A DNA stretch of 64,000 nt, from NCBI GenBank assembly GCA_017407835.1, contig JAFQVV010000015.1, positions 10,954 to 74,953 on the forward strand, read 5' to 3'. The notes below the pieces were generated by a model, which was not told the DNA's origin, did no database searches, and worked only from the letters and a program-made list of their open reading frames with translations. Both the position numbers and the translations under genes were made by a program. Shown in pieces: positions 18,189 through 26,733 of the stretch. The first letter of the stretch is position 1. Each line of letters opens with the position of its first letter. Origin of the DNA: Clostridia bacterium (GTDB lineage Bacteria; Bacillota; Clostridia; Oscillospirales; CAG-272).

Positions 18189-20864
18189 ATGAAACAAAAG
18201 AAATCTGAAAATCAAGACGCTTTGTCCACGGGTGAGCTGCTCGGGCGGCTCAAGAAAAATTATGCCTCGGATACGCATCCGACCAATATGCCGAAATCGG
18301 CACAAAATGCCGGGCAGCCCACAGGCGATGATGATTTGGATATTGCCGAGCTGCTCAAAAAATACCTGCCCGATGTGGAGACATCCAAGCCTTCGATGTC
18401 TGCACAGAGTGATAGCGCATCTCTATCGGGCACCGATCGGGAAATGCAGGTCGATGATGCGGCAACGACCGAGTTTACCGCAGTTCGTCCTGCCGATGCA
18501 CCCCGTCACGGGGAACGCTTTTCGGCACTGTTTGAAAACGATGATGAATTTATCGACGAACCGCTTTCCGCATTTTCTGCCGACGACGAAGACAAGATTG
18601 ATGCGGCGCCCGCCGTTCCCGCCGTACGCCGTCAAGTTTATCACTTCCGTCCGTCTGCACGTCAGCAGACGGTGACGCAAACCGTTAAGGTTCAGGAAAC
18701 CATTCCCGAAGTACAAGCTTCTCACTCTGCCGAGGTTGTATCCGGTGACAGTTATTTTACCGGGCGTGAGAAGCCCGAATTTGCGGTGGATGATGATCCC
18801 GTCCTGCCCGATGCATCGGCTTTTGATGAACTGATTCCGTCTTTGTTCAGCGAGCAGGATGCAATGGATGCACAACCCGCAGAGAAAACCGAGATCTTTA
18901 CATTTGCGTCGGAGTCTGCCGAGGAAACGCGCGAGACTTCCCGTACAGAAGATGCGGCCGAGGAAACCATCCGGCAGACATCTTCTGATGAAGCGGAAAC
19001 AGCTGAGCCTTCTCCTGAGAAAGCCGAATTGGACGAAACCGATATCAATTTGATGATCGCACTCGGCTACGAGGATGAGCTTGAACAGACGGTTGGCATT
19101 GATCGCGTGAGTGAGATCGAAGATAAATTGGATAAGGATGTCAGCGGTGACGACATCGACGAAAGCGTTGCTTTCCGTGGGTTTGAGTATACCGATAAAG
19201 AGCAGGCAAAAGAAATTATGCAGAATTATCGAGCAGAGTACAGTAGTGTCCTCCTTCGCTTGATTGGCAGCGCAATTCTTCTTATCGCCCTTTTCTTCTA
19301 CGAGAATATTGCACTCTTTGGTGCAGATCTTCCCGGTGCCCTCAATATGCGCCATTTCCCGACTGTACATACACTGGTATCGCTTCAGCTTCTGGTTTTG
19401 AGCGCGGCGTTGTCCTGGCGTCGGATTTTTGACGGCTTGCGCGGCGCAGTTACCTTTAAGCCGTCTCCGCAGAGCCTTGGTGCTGCAGCGGTGGTTATTG
19501 CTGTGGCATATGATTTAATCATCGCCCTGGTTGCCCCGGCAAACGGCGTGATTCTCTATAATTTCCCGGCAGCACTTTGCCTGACCTTGATGGCACTTTA
19601 TGATTTGATGAGCTTGAAGCGCGAAATTTACAGCTTCACGATTCTTGCAGACCGTCACAATAAATACGCTGCGCGCAGTGTTCTTGCCAAAGATGCGGTG
19701 AGCGGGGAAGAGTCGCTTACGCTCGATATCCGTCTTTCTTCCTTTGTAGATCGTTACTTTGCGCGTACCAATGCCAAAACATCTGCGGCGAATCACCTGA
19801 ACTTTGTCTTGCTTCCTGTTTTGGTTTTCTCTGTTGCCCTTGCCATTATCTCCTTCTCGGTGCATAAGGATGCCATCGGTGCGCTGAATATTTTTGCGCT
19901 GACCAATCTTTTCTGTCTGCCGGTGTCTACACTGATTGCATACAGTTATCCGCTTTTCCGCGCATCGCAGATTGCATATGCCCAAGACTCGGCAATCCTC
20001 GGTGAAGTATCGGCTGAGGAATACAGCGGTGCGGATGTGGTCAGCTTCGCCGATACCGATGTTTTCCCGTCTTATTCGGTAAAGCTTCGTTCAATCAAAC
20101 TTTATGGCAATTCCCGTCCGGACTTGGTGCTGTTTGCTGTCTCGGGTGTCTTCTCTGCGGTGGGCGGTCCGCTCGCCGATGTGCTTGAGCTTGCCACAAT
20201 GGAATTTGATTCTGCCGAGTCGGTGGAGCTTGTTCGCATCGCCGAAGATGGCATTGAAGCAACAGTTGACGGTCAAAGCGTAATGGTTGGCCGTGACAGT
20301 TTCCTTGAATCCTACAATATCCATCCTCTCCACGATGCAGAGGACGAGGCAAATCTCTCCTGCGGTGCACGTATTCTCTATATCGTGATGGACGGTGCAC
20401 TTTGCGCTAAGCTTTATATTCAATATGAGATGGATGTTGATTTTGAATATGCGCTTCTCGAACTGACCAAAGAGGGGATTACTGCTAAAATCCGCACCTA
20501 TGATCCCAATATTGATGATGCATTGCTTGCTGCCAAGCTGCGCGGAAAACAGATGTCCGTTCAGATTGACAAGCAAATGGTGCCGCCGGAGGAACCTGAG
20601 CCGATTGAGAGAATTGACAGCGGACTTGTGTCCCGTGCATCGGCGAAAGCGCTGGTTCATTCTGCCTTGATGTGCAGCCGCCTATCCCATGTTGAGCGGA
20701 CAAGTTCGATTATCCGCGGTGTGGCATTGGCAGTCAGCCTTTTGATTATGCTGCTTTTGACCATTTTCAGCGCATCAATTGGTATCACGTCATTCTATGT
20801 GGCGCTTTACCAGCTCTTCTGGATGATTCCCGGGCTGATCATTACCCGTTTGCTGATTAAATAA
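18189..20864 (+). CDS. P-type ATPase-like membrane protein with degenerate catalytic motifs and long acidic N-terminal region
   Basis: ATG 18189 lies 10 nt after AAGGAG. About 340 aa are D/E/A/P-rich and low-complexity, followed by TM helices. The C-terminal half is colinear with P1B ATPase P/N domains but reads FADTDV (20046-20063) in place of FDKTGT and TYDPN (20496-20510) in place of TGDN. No GDGxND is present. Confidence 0.6.
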   Translation: MKQKKSENQDALSTGELLGRLKKNYASDTHPTNMPKSAQNAGQPTGDDDLDIAELLKKYLPDVETSKPSMSAQSDSASLSGTDREMQVDDAATTEFTAVRPADAPRHGERFSALFENDDEFIDEPLSAFSADDEDKIDAAPAVPAVRRQVYHFRPSARQQTVTQTVKVQETIPEVQASHSAEVVSGDSYFTGREKPEFAVDDDPVLPDASAFDELIPSLFSEQDAMDAQPAEKTEIFTFASESAEETRETSRTEDAAEETIRQTSSDEAETAEPSPEKAELDETDINLMIALGYEDELEQTVGIDRVSEIEDKLDKDVSGDDIDESVAFRGFEYTDKEQAKEIMQNYRAEYSSVLLRLIGSAILLIALFFYENIALFGADLPGALNMRHFPTVHTLVSLQLLVLSAALSWRRIFDGLRGAVTFKPSPQSLGAAAVVIAVAYDLIIALVAPANGVILYNFPAALCLTLMALYDLMSLKREIYSFTILADRHNKYAARSVLAKDAVSGEESLTLDIRLSSFVDRYFARTNAKTSAANHLNFVLLPVLVFSVALAIISFSVHKDAIGALNIFALTNLFCLPVSTLIAYSYPLFRASQIAYAQDSAILGEVSAEEYSGADVVSFADTDVFPSYSVKLRSIKLYGNSRPDLVLFAVSGVFSAVGGPLADVLELATMEFDSAESVELVRIAEDGIEATVDGQSVMVGRDSFLESYNIHPLHDAEDEANLSCGARILYIVMDGALCAKLYIQYEMDVDFEYALLELTKEGITAKIRTYDPNIDDALLAAKLRGKQMSVQIDKQMVPPEEPEPIERIDSGLVSRASAKALVHSALMCSRLSHVERTSSIIRGVALAVSLLIMLLLTIFSASIGITSFYVALYQLFWMIPGLIITRLLIK

Positions 20865-20873
20865 CTTCATAAT

Positions 20874-20908
20874 AAAAATACGAGAACACATTGTGTTCTC
20901 GTATTTTT
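20874..20908. terminator. bidirectional terminator (P-type-like gene / serS convergent)
   Basis: AAAAATACGAGAACACattGTGTTCTCGTATTTTT is a palindrome flanked by A and T runs. Confidence 0.8.
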
Positions 20909-20960
20909 ATATGCGGCAACCAAGCATATTTTGCTCGCCGCCGAAAAGACAGAGCAGAAC

Positions 20961-22247
20961 TTATTTTTTCGGTACGATTTCGGTCATGCCGCCCATGTAG
21001 GGACGGAGTGCCTCGGGAATGGCAACCGATCCGTCAGCACGGAGGTTGTTTTCCAAGAAAGCAATGAGCATACGCGGAGGTGCCACAACGGTGTTGTTGA
21101 GGGTGTGCGCGAAATATTTGCCTTCCTTGGCGTTGACGCGGATCTTGAGACGACGCGCCTGTGCATCACCAAGGTTCGAGCAGGATCCGACCTCAAAGTA
21201 TTTCTTCTGACGGGGGCTCCACGCTTCAACGTCGATTGATTTCACCTTCAGATCGGCCAAATCACCCGAGCAGCATTCGAGCGTGCGCACGGGGATGTCC
21301 AGCGAGCGGAACAGATCAACCGTGTTCTGCCAAAGCTTCTCAAACCACATCGGGCTTTCCTCGGGCTTACAAACCACGATCATTTCCTGCTTCTCAAACT
21401 GATGAATACGATATACACCGCGCTCCTCCAGACCGTGCGCCCCCTTTTCCTTGCGGAAGCAGGGGGAATAGCTGGTCAGCGTGTAGGGAAGAGCCTGCTC
21501 ATCGATGATGGTGTCGATGAACTTACCGATCATCGAATGCTCACTGGTACCGATGAGGTAAAGATCTTCCCCCTCAATTTTGTACATCATGGCGTCCATT
21601 TCCGCAAAGCTCATGACACCGGTTACAACCTCGGAACGAATCATGAAGGGGGGGATGCAGTAGGTAAAGCCGCGGCCGATCATGAAGTCGCGTGCGTAGG
21701 AAATGACAGCAGAATGGAGACGCGCAATATCACCCATCAGATAATAGAAGCCATTGCCCGCAACCTTGCGTGCCGCATCCAGATCAATGCCGGCAAAACG
21801 CTCCATGATTTCGGTGTGATAGGGGACATCAAAGTCAGGGACAGCGGGTTCGCCGTAACGCTGAACTTCAACATTTTCGCTGTCATCCTTGCCGATTGGA
21901 ACACTCGGATCGATGATGTTGGGAATGGTCATCATGATCTTTTTGATTTTCTCCTCAAGCTCGCCTTCCTTGGCTTCTGCAGCAGCCAGTGCTTCGGCCG
22001 AAGCGGTGACTTGTTTCTTTACCTCTTCTGCCTCGTCGCGCTTGCCCTGTGCCATCAAGCCGCCAATTTGCTTGGAAAGACGGTTGCGCTCAGCACGCAG
22101 ACGGTCCGCCTCCTGCTTGTTGGCGCGATTTTCGGCATCGAGTGCGATCACCTCGTCCACCAAGGGGAGCTTATTGTCCTGGAACTTGCGGCGGATGTTT
22201 TCCTTGACAATCTCGGGATTTTCTCTGACAAAACGTAAATCTAACAT
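20961..22247 (-). CDS. serS: seryl-tRNA synthetase
   Basis: MLDLRFVRENPEIVKENIRRK is the N-terminal coiled coil; class II motifs (...FRKEKGAHG..., GSCSN) are present. ATG 22247 follows GGAGGAA; the ORF track start 22259 lies inside the SD. Confidence 0.95.
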   Translation of the reverse strand: MLDLRFVRENPEIVKENIRRKFQDNKLPLVDEVIALDAENRANKQEADRLRAERNRLSKQIGGLMAQGKRDEAEEVKKQVTASAEALAAAEAKEGELEEKIKKIMMTIPNIIDPSVPIGKDDSENVEVQRYGEPAVPDFDVPYHTEIMERFAGIDLDAARKVAGNGFYYLMGDIARLHSAVISYARDFMIGRGFTYCIPPFMIRSEVVTGVMSFAEMDAMMYKIEGEDLYLIGTSEHSMIGKFIDTIIDEQALPYTLTSYSPCFRKEKGAHGLEERGVYRIHQFEKQEMIVVCKPEESPMWFEKLWQNTVDLFRSLDIPVRTLECCSGDLADLKVKSIDVEAWSPRQKKYFEVGSCSNLGDAQARRLKIRVNAKEGKYFAHTLNNTVVAPPRMLIAFLENNLRADGSVAIPEALRPYMGGMTEIVPKK

Positions 22248-22290
22248 GGTTTCCTCCAAAATAAAAATATACCGAATTTTGTGGGCGAAA

Positions 22291-22509
22291 AAGAAAAAAC
22301 TCCCGCCCGATTACATGGGACGGAAGTCTCCGTGGTGCCACCCAATTTGCCGCAGTTCAACTGCAGCCGCTTGCTCCGTGCGGTAAAGGGCACGCCCCTT
22401 CGACTCGTCGCCGACAGCTCGGAAAGCGGAAACGCGCCATTACTCATCGGTTTGCACCCACCACCGACTCTCTGCACAGCAAAAAACGCGATAACTTTCT
22501 TCATTGCAT
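22291..22509 (-). promoter_or_regulatory. T-box riboswitch leader (Ser specifier) controlling serS
   Basis: The sense strand carries the AGAGAG box and the T-box sequence AATTGGGTGGCACCACGG (plus 22331-22347). A terminator stem plus T6 ends near 22294. The candidate specifier is TCC-G followed by CTTTCCGAGC (plus 22428-22430). Confidence 0.8.
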
Positions 22510-22515
22510 ACCGTT

Positions 22516-22544
22516 AGTATACACGATTTTATTTTTAAATGCAA
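22516..22544 (-). promoter_or_regulatory. sigma-A type promoter for serS T-box leader
   Basis: The minus strand reads TTGCAT, 17 nt, TATACT. Confidence 0.5.
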
Positions 22545-22712
22545 GAGGTTTTTCAAAATTTTTTCCAAGAATTCCGAAAACTTGATCAAGTTCTCATTTT
22601 TTCTTGCTTTGCGTCGTTTCAGCGAAAAATATCCCTGGGAATAAATCTTTGGCAGAATGAAATAATGAACGTATATCAAGCAAAGAGGAAAGCCGAAAAT
22701 CTGTGAATATCA

Positions 22713-22741
22713 TTGACAAACTTCCCCGAAAGGTGTATAAT
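22713..22741 (+). promoter_or_regulatory. sigma-A type promoter for atp operon
   Basis: TTGACA (22713-22718), 17 nt, TATAAT (22736-22741) preceded by TG. Confidence 0.65.
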
Positions 22742-22785
22742 ATTGTGAGTTAATTGGAAAAGGAGGGATTGTTCTGCCACAGTCG

Positions 22786-23103
22786 ATGCTTGGTTTTGTT
22801 ATCACATTTTTGATCGGCGTTTGTATTGCATATGTGAATTATCGTTTGACGGCGAAATCCGCGAAAAATCCCACCGGACAATTTGCTGTGGTGTCACTGG
22901 TGCGCCAATTTTTGAATTTTGGCTATCTTGCGGCGGTATTCTTTGTCGCTCCCCTTACCCCGTGGGACCGGACTTGGATGCTGGTCGGCGCTGTGCTGGG
23001 TGTCACGCTTCCCCTGTTTGTATTTACATTTCTCCTCCTTCGGCAGGTCAATGCCGAACGGAATGATCGTGCCGAGGAAGAAACGAAAGGAGGCGAAAAA
23101 TAA
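22786..23103 (+). CDS. atpI: small membrane protein, AtpI-like (ATP synthase protein I)
   Basis: 105 aa with hydrophobic helices, first gene of the atp operon. TAATG overlap with atpB. The call rests on position and size, not a strong motif. Confidence 0.5.
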   Translation: MLGFVITFLIGVCIAYVNYRLTAKSAKNPTGQFAVVSLVRQFLNFGYLAAVFFVAPLTPWDRTWMLVGAVLGVTLPLFVFTFLLLRQVNAERNDRAEEETKGGEK

Positions 23104-23774
23104 TGGGTGAAAAATCCGAAGTCATCATACGGCTCGGCGGTATATTGGACGTTACGGGCGAAGTGATTACCATGTGGATTATTCTTGCAATTGTTGCACT
23201 TCTCTCTTTTTTGGTAACGCGAAATATGAAAGAACGTCCCGGAAAATTTCAGAATATGATTGAGACGGGTGTCGAATATCTGGATAACTTTTTCTCGGGA
23301 ATTATCGGCAAGCACCACGCACGAAAGTACTTTTTCTTTCTCGGTTCGCTTTTTGTCTTTATTATTGTGGCAAACTACACGGGGCTTATCCCGGGCGTAG
23401 GTATGACCGATTATATTAAGGCGCCGACTGCCTCGCTTTCGGTAACCCTGGGGCTTGGCATCGTAACCTTTTTCTTTTTGCAGATTGCAGGTCTTCGTGT
23501 TGGTGTTAAGCATTATTTCAAACGCTTTATTAGTCCGATTGCCATTATGCTGCCCCTTCTTATTCTCGATGAGTTCATCAAGCCTGCATCGTTGGCACTT
23601 CGACTTTTCGGTAATGTATTTGGTGAGGAGACAGTGCTGCATAATTTGTATGATCTGCTTCCCATCGGTGTTCCCGTCATCATGATGGTGCTCTCAATTC
23701 TTTTCTGTGCCATTCAGGCCGTTGTTTATACGATGCTCGTTTCAATTTATCTTGAAGAAGCAATCGAAGAATAA
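23103..23774 (+). CDS. atpB: F0F1 ATP synthase subunit a
   Basis: LALRLFGNVFGEE carries the essential Arg of subunit a. The protein is polytopic, 223 aa. Confidence 0.9.
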   Translation: MGEKSEVIIRLGGILDVTGEVITMWIILAIVALLSFLVTRNMKERPGKFQNMIETGVEYLDNFFSGIIGKHHARKYFFFLGSLFVFIIVANYTGLIPGVGMTDYIKAPTASLSVTLGLGIVTFFFLQIAGLRVGVKHYFKRFISPIAIMLPLLILDEFIKPASLALRLFGNVFGEETVLHNLYDLLPIGVPVIMMVLSILFCAIQAVVYTMLVSIYLEEAIEE

Positions 23775-23831
23775 GGGCCGATTTATTGAACGTCAAAAAT
23801 TTATTGCAATAAATATTAAGGAGAAATAATC

Positions 23832-24062
23832 ATGGATAGTTCCGCTTATATCGCAATCGCCGCTGCAATCGCTATTGCCGTCAGCACAATTTTCCCCGCG
23901 CTCGGTCAAGGCCTGGCTGCGAAAGCAGCAATGGAAGGCATTGCCCGTCAGCCCGATGCAGCTAAGGATATTCGTTCGACGCTGATCATTGCGCTGGCTC
24001 TGATGGAGGCACTGACAATTTACGGCTTGCTGATCGCCTTCATTCTCGCTTCCAAAATCTGA
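23832..24062 (+). CDS. atpE: F0F1 ATP synthase subunit c
   Basis: [19 protein letters not shown]...[16 protein letters not shown] is the hairpin proteolipid with the carboxylate Glu. Confidence 0.9.
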   Translation: MDSSAYIAIAAAIAIAVSTIFPALGQGLAAKAAMEGIARQPDAAKDIRSTLIIALALMEALTIYGLLIAFILASKI

Positions 24063-24073
24063 GGAGGCAGGAC

Positions 24074-24490
24074 GTGACGATTCAACTTTCCGTCCTGATT
24101 TGGACGGTGATCACATTTTGCCTGTTTATTGTCGTGATCAATCGCCTGCTTTTTAAGCCCATGCTTGTATTTATGGATAAACGTCAGGCACGGATTGATC
24201 AGGCAAAGCAAAAAAAGATTGAATACGATCGTATGTTGGCTGATGCCGAGCAGAAGTTGGAGAACTTTTGCGCAGAGGAAAGCCGGCATTGTGCGCAGCT
24301 TGCCAAAGATGAACTTGACCGCGCCCATGGCGATGCGGAAAAAATTCTTGGCGAGGCTATGCATTTGCGTATGCAAAATATTTCCGAGCGCAGGGCTGAA
24401 CTTGGCATCGAACATCATGAGATTGAGGAGATTCTGGACGCCCGTGTAGAGGAGCTTGCAGCTGCCTATATCTCCACCCTCGTGTCCTGA
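24074..24490 (+). CDS. atpF: F0F1 ATP synthase subunit b
   Basis: GTG start after GAGGAGGCAGGAC. N-terminal TM helix, LFKPMLVFMDKRQARIDQAKQ, and a long charged helix. Confidence 0.75.
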   Translation: MTIQLSVLIWTVITFCLFIVVINRLLFKPMLVFMDKRQARIDQAKQKKIEYDRMLADAEQKLENFCAEESRHCAQLAKDELDRAHGDAEKILGEAMHLRMQNISERRAELGIEHHEIEEILDARVEELAAAYISTLVS

Positions 24491-24504
24491 ACAGGGAAGT
24501 ATAT

Positions 24505-26733
24505 ATGGAATTTGTCTATCAACTAATCAATTTTCTTCTTCTTGCAGCACTGATTTGGATCTTTGCGCGCAAGATGATTGTCTCTATTTTTGCCAATCGC
24601 AGTGAACGAATCAATACCGCACTGGATGAAGCAGAACGAATTGAGCAGAGCGATATGCAGCTGCCTCAAATTCCCGATGCTTTCAAGGAGGAAGTCTCTC
24701 CCACGATTCTTGAAGAGGCCCATGAGATCCGTCGTCTGGCAGAAGCAGAGAAGGAAAATATTCGGCAGCAGACTGAGCGTGAAATGTATGGTATGCGCCG
24801 TGAAATGCTGACCGGTGTAAAAGATGTGTTCATTCACAAAATGATCACGCGTGTAACAGAGCTCATCCAAACCGAGCCGTATGCATCTCAGCTTCGTGCC
24901 AAAGAGGCAGAGTTCGCCGAGATGATTATGGAGCGAATGGAGGTTACCCCCGGCGATATGGCCTATCTGCGCCGCTCGGATGTGCTCTATATTACGCTCA
25001 CCTCTGCTTATCCGCTTGCACAGGAAATTGTTGATGAAATCGGTCGCCGAGCAACCGAAATGCTGGAGCAGATCGGCGGAAAGCCTTCCTATTGGGTTAA
25101 GGTTGATCCCGATTTAATTGGCGGTCTGCGTTTCCGCGTGGGTGACACTGTGTATGACTGTACAGTTGCCGATCGTCTTTATTTGCTGCGTCATGAATTG
25201 GAAAAACGGGAAATTCACGGTGATGAAGATGCTGAGCAGATCGTGGCGGATTTGCTCCATGGCATCATGACAATGAAGCATGGCGTCAACGAGTTCCAGC
25301 TCGGTCGTGTCATCAGCGTATCGGATGGTATTTGCTGGCTTGACGGTCTTGCCGATATTATGTACGGTGAGGTGGTTGAGTTTGAGTGCGGAGAGCGTGG
25401 CATGGTGCTGGATATTGAGCCCGATCGCATCGGCTGTGTGATTTACGGTAAATACGAGCATATTGAAAGCGGAAGCCGTGTCAGACGTGTTGGCCGCATT
25501 GCTTCTGTCCCCTGCGGTGATGCACTGCTCGGACGAGTTGTTAACCCCATCGGCCAGGCACTGGACGGAAAGGGGCGTATTTGGACCAAAGAGCGCCGTC
25601 CGATTGAGTGCAAGGCCCCGAGCATTCCCGACCGTTCGGCTGTATTTCGTCCGATGCATACGGGAATCAAGGCGATTGATGCACTGGTGCCCATCGGCCG
25701 CGGTCAGCGAGAGTTGATTATCGGCGACCGCCAGACCGGAAAAACCTCAATTGCAATCGACGCGATTATCAACCAAAAAGGGAAGAATACTGTCTGCCTT
25801 TATGTTGCGATCGGTCAGAAAGATACCACCATTGTCGATATTCGCGAGAAGCTTGCCAAACACGGTGCCATGGAATATACAACAATTGTATGTGCCCCGG
25901 CATCCTCCTCGGCTTCCTTCCAGTATATAGCACCCTTTGCCGGTGCCGCAATGGCAGAGTATTTTATGTACGCGGGCAGAGATGTGCTTATCGTCTATGA
26001 TGATCTTTCCAAGCACGCTGTCGCATATCGCGAGTTATCCCTGCTGCTGCACCGTCCGTCCGGACGAGAAGCTTATCCGGGTGATGTGTTCTATCTCCAT
26101 GCACGCTTGCTTGAGCGTGCAGCACAGCTCTCCGCGGAAAATGGCGGCGGTTCAATCACCGCTCTGCCCATCATTGAGACACAGGCAGGCGATATTTCGG
26201 CATATATTCCCACCAATGTCATCTCAATTACCGACGGACAGATATTCTTGGATGCTGATCTCTTCAATGAGGGACAGCGCCCGGCTGTTAATGTCGGTCT
26301 TTCGGTTTCCCGCGTTGGCAGTGCGGCACAAACAAAGTTGATGAAGCAGGTTTCTTCCCGTCTGCGCATGGAACTTGCACAGTACCGTGAATTGGCAGGC
26401 TTCACGCAATTCGGTTCGGATGTTGACGCGGCAACCAAACGCATTCTCGATGCCGGTGAGCGGATGATGAGTGCTTTGCGCCAGAACCGCTATGAGCCGT
26501 TGCCCGACTGGAAACAGGTTTTGCTGATTTATGCCGTCGCCGAAGGGTATGCTGCGCATATCTCACCTGCTGAGCTGGATCGCTTTGCCGAAGAACTGTA
26601 TGTGTATTTTGAAACGGCACAGCCGGATACGGTGGAAATGCTGCGCCGTGGGCAAAAGATGTCTGATCAAGACAAAGCATGCCTTAATGCGGCACTTTCG
26701 GCCTTTGGGGCATCGATGGGTGAGGTGTCCTGA
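24505..26733 (+). CDS. atpA: ATP synthase alpha subunit fused in one ORF to N-terminal b-like and delta(OSCP)-like modules
   Basis: The ORF is a single 742-aa frame. Residues 1-30 form a TM helix, followed by a charged coiled coil (b-like). Residues about 160-230, LTSAYPLAQEIVDEI...DPDLIGGLRFRVGDTVYDCTVADRL, match the delta C-terminal pattern. From about residue 240 onward a full alpha subunit follows (VISVSDGICWLDGL, GDRQTGKTSIAIDAI, ITDGQIFL). No separate atpH gene is present in the operon. Confidence 0.85.
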   Translation: MEFVYQLINFLLLAALIWIFARKMIVSIFANRSERINTALDEAERIEQSDMQLPQIPDAFKEEVSPTILEEAHEIRRLAEAEKENIRQQTEREMYGMRREMLTGVKDVFIHKMITRVTELIQTEPYASQLRAKEAEFAEMIMERMEVTPGDMAYLRRSDVLYITLTSAYPLAQEIVDEIGRRATEMLEQIGGKPSYWVKVDPDLIGGLRFRVGDTVYDCTVADRLYLLRHELEKREIHGDEDAEQIVADLLHGIMTMKHGVNEFQLGRVISVSDGICWLDGLADIMYGEVVEFECGERGMVLDIEPDRIGCVIYGKYEHIESGSRVRRVGRIASVPCGDALLGRVVNPIGQALDGKGRIWTKERRPIECKAPSIPDRSAVFRPMHTGIKAIDALVPIGRGQRELIIGDRQTGKTSIAIDAIINQKGKNTVCLYVAIGQKDTTIVDIREKLAKHGAMEYTTIVCAPASSSASFQYIAPFAGAAMAEYFMYAGRDVLIVYDDLSKHAVAYRELSLLLHRPSGREAYPGDVFYLHARLLERAAQLSAENGGGSITALPIIETQAGDISAYIPTNVISITDGQIFLDADLFNEGQRPAVNVGLSVSRVGSAAQTKLMKQVSSRLRMELAQYRELAGFTQFGSDVDAATKRILDAGERMMSALRQNRYEPLPDWKQVLLIYAVAEGYAAHISPAELDRFAEELYVYFETAQPDTVEMLRRGQKMSDQDKACLNAALSAFGASMGEVS

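Noticed and set aside
23832-24062. Possibility that the ATP synthase is Na+-coupled or an N-type ATPase
   Set aside because: The c subunit has Q (in GQG), E and Y, but reads MEALTIY, that is, Ala and Leu where Na+-binding c subunits have Ser and Thr after the Glu. This is the H+-type (chloroplast-like) pattern. The gene order atpI-B-E-F-(H)A-G-D-C is the canonical F-type order, not the N-ATPase order.
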